From Macrostomum hystrix (taxonomy: Eukaryota; Animalia; Platyhelminthes), in contig CATNEN010000007.1 of assembly GCA_950097015.1 (NCBI GenBank), forward strand, positions 9,114,001 to 9,178,000: DNA of 64,000 bases, given 5' to 3'. The position numbers and the translations under genes were made by a program. The notes under the pieces were generated by a model, which ran no database searches, was not told the origin of the DNA, and saw nothing but the letters and a program-made list of their open reading frames with translations. Positions 21,562 to 33,266 of the stretch are shown here, piece after piece. The stretch's first letter is position 1; every line of letters starts with the position of its first letter.

Positions 21562-22217
21562 GTCTGCATTTTGGCTTTTCGGCGTTGTGAAATTTCGGTC
21601 TTGTGAAGCCACCCCATGCAAATAAACATAAACATACCGAGGCTACCAATCCAGTATTTTTTTCTAATTTTTAAATAGAGCGTTTTCAATGCTGTGTATG
21701 AAAAAAAATGTGCACTTTTATTTAATTCTCTGAATGAAAATTCACTCTATGAAAAATTGACGAGCATGCTGCATAGCAACTCATATTTGTTAGGAGGCAG
21801 CTTGAATAAGAATAAATGAAAATTTGACAGCTGTATAGATCATATACGCTCATGTTTTGAGAGTAAAGAACAACGAAAGCATGATATAAGCATGTAACCT
21901 ATAACACCATTAAACATATTTGAAAACGCACAGAAAGAGGAGATTTTTGTCAAAAATAGTTTTTCTACGGACATATTTTTTATCCTGACACTTGCGGAAG
22001 CAAGTCTCAAAACTAAAATAATTTTCCTGTGATGATTTTTATGGCCTCGATTCAGCACTGGAATAAGACAGTCTAGGTTTATCACGAGGTGTATCACGAG
22101 TCAGTTGCATATTCAGGGTTAATTCTGGATTACATAGGTTCCATTTCTAATCGAAGATAGTATTTCTTTCATCGACAACCAGTTCCGTTTTATTTTGCAG
22201 TCCAGGCATTCCGCGCC

Positions 22218-22781
22218 TCAATTCTTAGGAGACTTGGGAAAGACTGGGCCATTGTTCAGCTTTTTTATGTATTTAGCCTCCCTGGCTAACTGGCAGACTG
22301 TACAGCAGTGGCACCAGCAGTAGCAGCAGCAGTCGTTGATGACACTGCCTCTGATGTTGTACCTGGTGCGCATCTTCGTCCGGTAGGCGACAAGGGCATC
22401 CGGCACCAAGATGGGAGTGCAGCAGTGCTCGCCCATTTCCTTGGACAAGCAGCAGCAGACGTAGCATTCGCCCAAGAAAAACGTTAGGGCGCAGGACTCG
22501 CAGTCGTCGCAACAATCGCAAATGCCGGAGCTCCAGTTGCGTTCGGCTGCGGAGGCGTGTTAGGGGACTGGCTGCGATGTCATGGCTCAGAGTAGGCAGC
22601 ATGCAAGCATTCAGTTAACTGTATCTAATAGGATTTCTAGATCCCTTTTGAGGCTCGGTTTTGGATGGAACATGCATGAACTTCGCAGCGTTAATAGCAT
22701 GTTACGTTACTCACGGCCGATGGCAGTTGGCTGAGCAGTGACAGTGGTTGTTGGCTGGTTAATAACGACGCCTACCTGCAT
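22218..22781 (-). CDS. PLAC8/cornifelin-family Cys-rich protein; exons 22715-22781 and 22218-22546
   Basis: MQVGVVINQP...; a phase-1 GTGAGT/CAG intron joins to RNWSSGICDCCDDCESC...RTKMRTRYNIRGSVINDCC...CHCCTVCQLARE. Confidence 0.92.
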
Positions 22782-25747
22782 TTTCCTGGGTACCAGAGAA
22801 CACTGATGAAAGTATGCGCGTTTCCTTCGGAGCAGAAAGCAGAGCATACAGCCTATATGGCTAAGTGCGCATCTCATTTTAAACTCATGATGGGAGGGGG
22901 CCACTTCGAATGGTTGCTTAGGAACCATTCGGCCTGCAGCTGCTGCAAACTTACCGATGCAGACACATTCTTGTGCTATATTGAGTGTCCTACTTCTTCT
23001 AGTTTCTCAAGTCGACAGCCGCACTCAAGGAGCAGTGTGGGAAGGGTTTTGACGGACAGTATTTTGAATGAACCCACTAAGTCCTTAGACTGTCTCTTCG
23101 CATTGAGCCCGCCCATTCGGTGCGGAAGATACAGAATACGAGCTAGAAACGAATTCTAAGGAAACAAAAACCCATGATGGATGCAAAAGCTGAGGTATGG
23201 GCACCTGTCAAACGTCTCTGCTGTGTCTCTCAGCTACAAAGTAATTGAGAGCCGATTGAGCTAAGATAGAGCAGCAGGGAGTGCAGGGTAGCGGAGTTTC
23301 AACAACCGCTGCCTGAGCTGTCACAAATTCTATTTTAGTGACGAGACTGGGAACAGGTGAACAGAAAACCGAGTGTGCATGAGCTATGGCATATCCTGAG
23401 CAGTGTAGCAAACATTGCAGCCGGTCTCAACAGAGGATATATAGATAGAGCTAATCTCAGGGAATAGAACGGACAGCAAGAGAGACGACTTTTGCAGACG
23501 ACCTTGATCTGTTTACCAGTCAGCCGGAACACGCGGTTTGCGTCGCTTTGCGGTGATTGGTTGGGACTGAAATGGGGTGGGTGCGCATCTGGGGAAAAAT
23601 AAAATTTATGATAAATACTGATTGCGTAATACGTAATTACCTATGATTTTGTAATGTAATTTCTAACTGGAAAACAAAGCGACGAAGGGAGGTGGGGTGT
23701 GCAAAAAATATTAAGATGATTTACTATACACGTTATGAAAGAAGGAGCGAGGAGGTGAACTTGACAGGTGGGGGAAGAAAGGGAGGTGCTGTGGGTGAAA
23801 TTTAACAGGAAAAAGTGCATATAAAATTTTTGACTTTATTGAAGATAAAAACATTGAAGGCTCAAGTTCACTGGGAATGAGTCATATGACATACGAAGGG
23901 GAAGCGAAAGGAAAGGAAAAGAAAGGTAAGGAAAAACAATAAAAGTTTTTATTAACCCCTTACGTCGCTGTTACATCACTCGCTATGTGAGATTGAGATT
24001 AACTCTAGAATTTTCAGGATTGTGTGATCTTTCATTTTGCTTCCTCTAAAGTTCTGTACAGGCATTGGTTTAATTATCTGATGAGCTACGGCGAGATCAC
24101 GAAATAACGGGGGGCACTGCAATCAGCAATTAGATTTGTAATAGGACTTATGATTTTATCAGAAAATTCGTCTATCCCGACAACCTGACTTGAAGCAGTA
24201 GAGTCAAATCAAGGACCACTAGGAGTATAGTGGTCCTCTACTCCTAGAGGTACTTGAGTCAAATAATCGATTAAATATTAAATATGAGATTGATAATGTC
24301 AGCAACTAAATAACAAGTGAATTTATTTACTTTCTAAGAAATATTTAGCACGATAAGCTTGCAATATACTACTAGGATAATAATACAAGAGGAAAGCGCG
24401 AGGTAAAATGACCATATATCTTCCACCTCTTTTCTTCTTCATCACAAAAATTCAGATCCGAGTTCAGCCCAACGAAACAATAATTTAGGCATATTTGAGG
24501 AAATAACCGAAAAAAAATATTTTGCTTTTATCTCATTTTTTTACTTATGCATCTCATTGATCATAACACTCGGACATTCCGTGGGTCAAGTAAAAATACG
24601 TTTTAAAAGTATGAATAACTTTTTGTTCCTAATTTGCGAATGAGAAAAATGTGCTTTTTTAATAATTACAATAAATGGGAACGAAAAGTTGAAAAGCATC
24701 AATATTTGCTTTTTAGCAATTTAAAGATGTGTTAAACCGAAAAAAGATTTTCTTAAATTTTAATATGAAAAAGTTTTCATTTTTCGAAGAAACTCATTTT
24801 CTTGAACTATTTACTTTGACCTGACATTAAATAACAAAGATTCAGATAAAAATGTTTCTAAACGTTCTAAAAACCAGAAGTATGTTATGTTGCAGTCAAA
24901 TATAAAGGCTAGCTAGGCTTACCAATGAACCAATCTACCATGAAGCATAACCATGATATGTAATTAACAAATTAACTTCAATTAAGCCTATGGTTATATA
25001 AAGCTTCTCGATGGTTGAAATGTTAGTTTGGCATATTAACAAGTCTTCTAAATTCACCGAGAAAAAATCTAGATATGTATTTACTATTTTGTATTTACTG
25101 AACAAAATGAACTGTTTTATATGCAAAAATGATATCTGATTAAAAATGGTAAACAGCTAAGTACAAGAGTTTTTTCATTTTTCATTTTTCACGGTTTTTC
25201 ATTATTGTATTGCAAGTTTTTTTGCAAGTACAATTAATAGCTAGGTGGACCTGGATTCATCGAGTTCTGGCAGACATAAATTGCCAAAAAGTTTGGTAGG
25301 GGCCTAGACTAGTTTGGTAGGGGCCAAGACTTTTAATCCAGCATACTGACTCAGTATTTGACCATTTAAGGCAGTTAATTCTATATTTTACTTCTTCTAT
25401 TTTTCGTAGCTTAATTTTTTTAAATAAAAATGATAGCCATTCTAAATGCATAGTAACACAGTTTTCCATATATATTTGTTATGTTAATTTACACCGCTTT
25501 TCATAATAATTTGTTGTCCACTTCAGCTATTCAATTTTTAAAGAGATTTGACTGAAATTTAGACTAATATTTGTCAAATGCTTGTATCTGCGGAGTAAAT
25601 AAAAATTTTAAATTTGGTTTATAGACTTGGGCCTAATAAGACTTCTAGCTATTCTAGCTAGTATTATAGCCAAGGCTTTGGACTTCTAGCTGAGAGGTTG
25701 ATTTGAAATCACAGGAAGACTATCTTTGTTCTTAAGCAAGTTATTTA

Positions 25748-26389
25748 GGGTAATGTATCATCAACCGAACAGTGTATCTTCAAAACCGAACAAGAATTTC
25801 GACTTCTTCCTTGGTCTCGTGCAAGACAGAAACAAGCTATTGTGTTTCACAGAACAACTAATTTGAAAGTTGAAGAAATTATCTACAAGCTGAGGCATGA
25901 TGTGCAATGAAGCATTAAGAGGAAAGAAAGATATTGATGTTTTAGTAGAATTTTTTATTGCAAAAGCATACTTTTTAACAACATTTTTTCAGTATGTACT
26001 TTAGATGAAGATTGTATGTGGTTGCTTGCCAATTAAATGACCATAAATGTAGTTATTTATAGAGCATGAAAAATGTTTTCAAATTACATAATTCATGATA
26101 GTTCACTCCTTAAAATAATATTAAAACACTCACTCAAATTGTAAAACCAAACATCAAATTCTCTGTTTGGTTTGAAGATACATGAAAATCATTGTTTGGT
26201 TTTAGATAAAAAGCAAGAATAACTTTTTTCTATTTGATAAAATAGCAAAAGCAGATACTTTTTAAAAAGTTGTGACTGTTTTCTATAACTTGGCTTTTCA
26301 TTTATCATCATATCTTAAATAGAAAATCTGTAGCTTAGGTTTGAAGTTAAAAAAATACACATTCTTGTTTGGTTGATGATACATTACCC
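25748..26389. mobile_element. MITE / non-autonomous TIR element, 642 bp
   Basis: 24-bp TIR GGGTAATGTATCATCAACCRAACA (1 mismatch), TA on both flanks, and subterminal copies of GTATCTTCAAA(A)CCRAACA in both orientations. Confidence 0.8.
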
Positions 26390-27393
26390 TACCTTTTACT
26401 TTATTAAGGTAATATATGCTTTAGCTAGGTTTCAACTAGATGTTGAATATTACCAGGTATAACTTATAATGGGTCTATAGGTTACAGAAGCCTCCCTAGT
26501 CTAATCCATGGACTGAACAGCTTGGCATAGCCATTGGAAAGTTGGAAAAACCATTTAATAATAACTGTAGCAAGAGCAAGACTAGGGCCTACTAGCTATA
26601 TATCTAGAAAAAATCAAAGCTAGCTAAGTAGTTCTAGCTAGCTTTTTTGCATTTTTGCTTGAATATATATTTTTCTTGAAATATATTTCACATTGTAGAC
26701 AAATAGTCCAGGTTTTTTAAAGGCCTTAGTACATATCTTATTGTTGTTGCAAAAAACTGGCCCTATATGAGCAAGAATGCCTGTATATTCTATATACTTG
26801 GTGGTTGCTATTTGATAGAATGCCTTTCTTAGAACTTTATCTTGACCATGATTGGCCAAACACAAAATTATTGCTATTGGAGACTATATTAATATATAAT
26901 AAGAATAACTATAAAAATTTCAGTAGGGCTGTGGGAAATTGAACATCATTCAGTGACACTAAGACCTACAACCAGCAAGGAGGCAATTCTGCCCATTTTG
27001 CTGACTCTTGAGCACAAATACAAGGATAATGTATGCAGGCTGACTTTCTGCCTTGACTTTCTGCCCTGACTTTCTCATCGTCAGGCATTGTACACTCACT
27101 GTGCCTTGGAGTTGGCCCTCAAAGGCGTAAATTGCACAACAAGCCCCAAAGCAGCCTTCTATTTTATTTATAGATATCGAGGTCCCTGAGCTCGAGCACC
27201 ACAGACTCGAGCTCAGGGACCTTAGGGAATGATGAGAGGCAAACGCATTGAGTGCTCTGCCACTCATCCCCTATATGGGAGACTATAGAGTTGCTGAATG
27301 TAAAAAAATTAAGTACTTCTTATTCAGTATTTTTTTCCTTTATCCTATCTTTTTCTCTCAGTAAATCCAATCAATGTTTATCTCCATCCACAG

Positions 27394-28295
27394 ATGTCTC
27401 TATTATTGTGGCACGGCCCGGCCGCTTTTGCATCAACGGCGCCACCTCCCCTGCCACCGCCGCAGCTTCGGCCGCCGACAACATCAGCAGCCCAGTCGCA
27501 GCAACTTCCGCTGCTGCCACCCCAGCATCAGTTGCATCACCAGCATCCCCACCAGCATCATCTCCAGCATCACCCGCAGCATCAGCTTCAGCACCAGCCG
27601 CAGCAGCAGGAGCAGCAGCAGCAACAACAACAACAAGAGCAGCCTCAGACTTCTCAAAAATCTTCGCAGCGCCAGAAACGGCGTCGCACTCAGACCGAGA
27701 CGCCCCGGCTGAGCCTGACGGAGAAGCTGGCGCTGGTTGGCGCCTACGCGCGCTGCATCGAAACCGGGGCCCTGCCCGGCCGCGCCCTCATCGAGGCCGG
27801 CCGGCCGCCGGAGCTGCACGAGCGGCAGTGGAAGCAGCTGAAGGACAACATCCGGCACGCCATCAACTCCTATAGAGATTTCCGCCTTCGCCGGACCCCC
27901 CCGACCCCGCCTGCCGATTCGGCCGACTTTCTGCGCCACTATCTGGGCCGGCGGGGTGCCGCCACGGCTGTGGCTGCCGCCGCTGCTGCCGCCGCCGCTG
28001 GCGCCGCCAACCCTCAGCAGTTTCAGCATGCGGCGCAGCCTCCACCGTTGCCACAGCAGCAGCAGCAATTGCAGCAGTCGCTGTCAATGCCAGCCCCATT
28101 GCCGCATCACCCGATTCCGGTGCTTCCTCGGCTGCCCACAATGGTCGGCGATTGCGGCGTCGGCGGCGGTGGCTTCGTTTCACTGGCGTCGGCTGTCGCG
28201 GCGGCCGCATCTGTTCCCAGCAGTTTGGCCAGCGGCTCCCAGCAGCAGCAGCTGCAGCACCAACAAGCCCAGCTGCAGGTGCCACCCCCACACCC

Positions 28296-28363
<68 letters not shown>

Positions 28364-28593
28364 CGAAGAAGCGCCGCAGACGCGAGGCCACTGGCGTGAC
28401 GCGTCTAACGGTGTCGGAGAAGCGGGAGCTGAACCGCGCCTTCCGGCGGCACATCGAAGAGGGCCGACTGCCCGGCCGATCGGCCATCGAGTCGCTGCGC
28501 CCGCCGGTCCTTCTGGAAAAGTCCTGGCGTCAATTAAAGGACAGCGTGCGCTGGTCCATCCAGCTGTACAAGCGGGGCCGGCTGGTGTTCTGA
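27394..28593 (+). CDS. PolyQ/polyA-rich putative nuclear protein with two copies of a ~60-aa helical (Myb/SANT-like?) domain, 399 aa
   Basis: GC-rich ORF with a CAG acceptor directly before the ATG and AATAAA at ~28628. Internal repeat RLxxxEK...R.IE.G.LPGR..IE..RPP.L.E+.W+QLKD.+R..I..Y+; each copy is preceded by a basic KRRR cluster. Confidence 0.85.
28297..28362 (+). repeat. Pure (CAG)22 coding tract
   Basis: Counted directly; encodes Q22. Confidence 0.9.
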
Positions 28594-28879
28594 ACTGAAA
28601 TCCTTTTACCGTCCTGTTGAATCTGACAATAAACTTTTCAATATTGATTTTAAAGTTTAACCATTATTTTCTGAGCGTTGTGTTCGGATATTGTTCTGTT
28701 TTATTAGATTTCCCTGCAAGTTAACTTTGTATTAGGAATTTCAGCCTATGAATTATTTAGGCCGCTTGGCTTGCTTTTTAATCTCTTTGGCCTTCTCATC
28801 TTCTGTCTAATGCTTGCTATGCGTTTTTGTGTGCATATTCTCTCACTGACTCGCCTGCTGGGGCCGTTCTGTACAATAT

Positions 28880-29810
28880 CATGGGTGGTTATTTGCGGGA
28901 ACCGCTGAAGCATGGGTGGTTATTTGCGGGAACCGCTGAAGCATGGGTGGTTATTGACGGGTCCCGCTGAAGCATGGGTGGTTATTGGCGGGAACCGCTG
29001 AAGCATGGGTGGTTATTGACGGGTCCCGCTGAAGCATGGGTGGTTATTGGCGGGAACCGCTGAAGCATGGGTGGTTATTGGCGGGAACCGCTGAAGCATG
29101 GGTGGTTATTGGCGGGTCCCGCTGAAGCATGGGTGGTTATTGGCGGGAACCGCTGAAGCATGGGTGGTTATTGGCGGGAACCGCTGAAGCATGGGTGGTT
29201 ATTGGCGGGAACCGCTGAAGCATGGGTGGTTATTGGCAGGTCCCGCTGAAGCATGGGTGGTTATTGGCGGGAACCGCTGAAGCATGGGTGGTTATTGGCG
29301 GGAACCGCTGAAGCATGGGTGGTTATTGGCGGGAACCGCTGAAGCATGGGTGGTTATTGGCGGGAACCGCTGAAGCATGGGTGGTTATTGGCGGGAACCG
29401 CTGAAGCATGGGTGGTTATTGGCAGGTCCCGCTGAAGCATGGGTGGTTATTGGCGGGAACCGCTGAAGCATGGGTGGTTATTGGCGGGAACCGCTGAAGC
29501 ATGGGTGGTTATTGGCGGGTCCCGCTGAAGCATGGGTGGTTATTGGCGGGTCCCGCTGAAGCATGGGTGGTTATTGGCGGGTCCCGCTGAAGCATGGGTG
29601 GTTATTGGCGGGAACCGCTGAAGCATGGGTGGTTATTGGCGGGTCCCGCTGAAGCATGGGTGGTTATTGGCGGGTCCCGCTGAAGCATGGGTGGTTATTG
29701 GCGGGTCCCGCTGAAGCATGGGTGGTTATTGGCGGTTATTTGCTGGGACCCGCTGAAGCATGGGTGGTTATTGGCGGTTATTTGCTGGGACCCGCTGAAG
29801 CATGGGTGGC
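28880..29810. repeat. 31-bp minisatellite (CATGGGTGGTTATTGGCGGGAACCGCTGAAG)n
   Basis: About 29 units. Confidence 0.96.
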
Positions 29811-30619
29811 TAGCAGGCATTCGTTAGTGGCCCAGAACATTTGGGGCCATTGTATTCTGTGCAGGTGAAATGCAACATTCTGCTGTATTTATAGTTTTAG
29901 CAATGTGACTCTGCTTGTTAATTAGCCCAGACTCTGCACTGCAGCACCTCATGATCATGCACACAGATTGGCTCGGATTTTTTCCTGTAAATTAATTGTT
30001 TCTTGTTGACGCTGGCAGGCTTGTTTAACTAGCACTTTTGTTTATATGCATGTTAAATTAAACTGACAGATTTCTTATCACAGATGATCAATTATCTATA
30101 TGTTTGCATTAGTGTCACTCTGGCCTCGCATAGTTATTGAATGTTGTCTGCTTAGCTAGCACTAAACTTGTTTCTTTAACTTATTTTCTGTAAATTGTTC
30201 TCCTGTTTACCTCTCTCTCTGTGTTAATTAACCTATTTGTACATATCGTGCACTGTTATGCAAGTGTTTTGTTTTGATCTCTTCGCTGGGTCCAAGCTCA
30301 CGCCGTACTCACGGCCTGCCAGTACATGCATCCTCTTAAGCCGCATGGCGCAATGGAATCTGGGAACCGATGCGGCAATGACAGCTGTGTCCATGTCTAT
30401 GTTGATTAGTCTGGCTATATATGCGCTTGATGGGGCATTGTAAGGCAATAAGCCTTTATAGCTATTGTATTATAACATATATATTATATATATCTACGCA
30501 CCAGTTTGTCAGTTTCTTAACTTATTTTTTCCTGGTCAGCCTTGGCGCTGGTCGTAATAAAATTTAAGCAAAGAATCGTGAAAAGACTAGATCAATTAGG
30601 TAAGCAACTGAAAAGACCA

Positions 30620-31088
30620 ACTCAAACGATTATCTAACGACTAAAAAGTTTCTCTATCAGCTCAAAAGCTTCTCTATCAGCTCAAAAGTTTCTCTATCAG
30701 CTCAAAAGCTTCTCTATCAGCTCAAAAGCTTCTCTATCAGCTCAAAAGCTTCTCTATCAGCTCAAAAGCTTCTCTATCAGCTCAAAAGCTTCTCTATCAG
30801 CTCAAAAGCTTTTCTATCAGCTCAAAAGCTTCTCTATCAGCTCAAAAGCTTCTCTATCAGCTCAAAAGCTTCTCTATCAGCTCAAAAGCTTCTCTATCAG
30901 CTCAAAAGCTTCTCTATCAGCTCAAAAGCTTCTCTATCAGCTCAAAAGCTTCTCTATCAGCTCAAAAGCTTCTCTGACGACTCAAATGCACCTTTATGAC
31001 TCAAATGCTTCTCTATAGACTCAAAATATTATCTAACTACTCAAACGCTTCTCTGGCGACTCAAATGCTTCTCTGCAAACTCAAACGC
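30620..31088. repeat. 20-bp minisatellite (TCTCTATCAGCTCAAAAGCT)n with degenerate flanking copies
   Basis: Homogeneous core at 30651-30975; diverged units on both sides. Confidence 0.93.
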
Positions 31089-31244
31089 CGGTAACGTTTT
31101 CATCGGATGGAGGGGTAACGGGACTCAATTCTGTGGACCAAAAGCTAGTGATTATTTTTTATGGCTACTTTAAGTAACAGTTTACGAGAGTAGCTAATAA
31201 AACACAGTGCACCAAACAAATTTATTACGACATGGCACCCGCAG

Positions 31245-32009
31245 TACGGCTGGGTTCGCAACAAACTGCAGGGCGCCGGCGGCCGCGCCTCCGACACCCT
31301 CCTGCCGCTGTTCAGCCGCGGCGGCGACTCCGCCAAGTCAAACTCGGCCTCCACCGGCTTCGGCCTGCTGTCAGCGTCGGCTTCGTCCTCTTCACTGTCG
31401 GCTAATTCCGCCGGCGCCGCTTTGTCCTCAGGCGCCGATCCTTCGGCTGGGGCGAATGTCGACGCCGATCAAGGCGACTCGGCGGGCGGCGCCAGCCTCT
31501 CCGGCTGGTTCGGCTCCTCCAGCCTGCTGTCGGGCGCGGCCGAACGGGACCCGCTTCTCCGCTGCCTTGGCCTGTCGCGCAAGCAGCGGGTGCTGGCCTT
31601 CGTCACCCTGCTGCTTCTGGGCAGCCTGTTCCTGTCACTCAGCATGGTTTTCCTGCCCATGGTGCTGCTCAAAGCCCGCCGGTTTGCCGTGCTCTACTCC
31701 ATGGGCTCGCTCTGCCTCCTGTTGTCATTCTCCGCTCTCTGGGGCCCAGTGAATCACCTGCGCCACCTGGTCACCGGGCCTCGGCGGCCCTTCACCTGCG
31801 CCTACCTCCTCATGCTCACCGCCACCCTGTACTCCGCCATGAGCCTGCGCTCCGGCCCGCTGGCCCTGTTCTTCGTCTGCTTGCAGGTGGCCGCCCTGCT
31901 CTGGTACCTGATCTCCTACCTGCCCGGCGGCCAGCGCGGCATTCGCTTTCTCACCTCGGTGTTCTATTCTGCCGCTAGCCGCACTGCTAAGAGCACTTTG
32001 CCTATCTGA
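31245..32009 (+). CDS. SFT2D3: Vesicle transport protein SFT2C (Got1/Sft2 family); start codon not in this exon
   Basis: LSRKQR..., LLKARRFAVLYSMGS, LWGP..HLRHL and LLWYLISYLPGG. The frame is open from the CAG acceptor at 31242-31244; in-frame stop at 31191. Confidence 0.88.
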   Translation, partial: YGWVRNKLQGAGGRASDTLLPLFSRGGDSAKSNSASTGFGLLSASASSSSLSANSAGAALSSGADPSAGANVDADQGDSAGGASLSGWFGSSSLLSGAAERDPLLRCLGLSRKQRVLAFVTLLLLGSLFLSLSMVFLPMVLLKARRFAVLYSMGSLCLLLSFSALWGPVNHLRHLVTGPRRPFTCAYLLMLTATLYSAMSLRSGPLALFFVCLQVAALLWYLISYLPGGQRGIRFLTSVFYSAASRTAKSTLPI

Positions 32010-32082
32010 GGCCCAGGCTGGCTTTGGCTGTTACCAGCTTAGGGAGACTAGCTGGGACACTGCAGGCTGTGTAGCTTGTCCA

Positions 32083-32309
32083 ACAGGTTAGATTACCTGT
32101 GTAACAGGTTAGGCTGCTGTATCTAACAGTTTAGACTGCTGTATCTAACAGTTTAGACTGCCGTATCTAACAGGTTAGACTGCTGTATCTAACAGTTTAG
32201 ACTGCTGTATCTAACAGGTTAGACTGCTGTATCTAACAGTTTAGACTGCTGTATCTAACAGGTTAGACTGCTGTATCTAACAGGTTAGACTGCTGTATCT
32301 AACAGGTTA
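32083..32309. repeat. 22-bp minisatellite (TTAGACTGCTGTATCTAACAGK)n in the SFT2 3' region
   Basis: About 10 units. Confidence 0.92.
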
Positions 32310-32734
32310 AAGGCTCAGTTGGTTCTTGAGAGCCGCTTGTTCGTGGCCAGTCTCCACCCTGCTTACTATATTATTGTGAATTTGAAACGCATTGTTTATT
32401 TGGTAGCCTGATTGTATTGCACAAACATTTTCCTGACCGCACACTGTGTTCTCAAATGTGTTGAGTAAAATGTCTAGTTTTCAATAGCCTCATTATTGTG
32501 AAGCTCTGTTGTCTGGTGCGCCACTTCCTGTGTGATTGGTATGCGGCCATGCCGGTTCTGCGTGTAAATAAATAATCAATAAATAAATGATTCCTGATGC
32601 CGCTATTGAGACTGCATATTCTAGATTGTTGCAGTGGGCTGAATGTTTGCAGCTTCCAGTTTTCACTTTACTGTTTTCAGTCTTCAGCACAATTACCCTC
32701 GGTGCTTTAGGGCCTTCTCCAGAGCTACTCCCTT

Positions 32735-33139
32735 CCCTCAGTTCTTCAGGGCTACTCCCTCAGTTCTTCAGGGCTACTCCCTCAGTTCTTCAGGGCTACT
32801 CCCTCAGTTCTTCAGGGCTACTCCCTCAGTTCTTCAGGGCTACTCCCTCAGTTCTTCAGGGCTACTCCCTCAGTTCTTCAGGGCTACTCCCTCAGTTCTT
32901 CAGGGCTACTCCCTCAGTTCTTCAGGGCTACTCCCTCAGTTCTTCAGGGCTACTCCCTCAGTTCTTCAGGGCTACTCCCTCAGTTCTTCAGGGCTACTCC
33001 CTCAGTTCTTCAGGGCTACTCCCTCAGTTCTTCAGGGCTACTCCCTCAGTTCTTCAGGGCTACTCCCTCAGTTCTTCAGGGCTACTCCCTCAGTTCTTCA
33101 GGGCTACTCCCTCAGTTCTTCAGGGCTACTCCCTCAGTT
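32735..33139. repeat. 22-bp minisatellite (CAGTTCTTCAGGGCTACTCCCT)n
   Basis: About 18 identical units just upstream of ILK. Confidence 0.96.
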
Positions 33140-33266
33140 GTTGCTTTCTCAGTTCACCTGAAGCTGTTCGTCCAATACTGTAGGGACTGCTCTGAAGTAT
33201 ATGAAGCCTCACTGAGGTTGCCTCCGTCTCTCAGCGCCCCGGTTTCGCCAACCCCCCGCAGCCAGC

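Noticed and set aside
23952-23975. TTAA-CCCCTT piggyBac-like end
   Set aside because: No matching inverted end found downstream.
24078-24112. Hammerhead-like CTGATGAG...CGAAA
   Set aside because: Stem II cannot pair and no convincing stems I/III are present.
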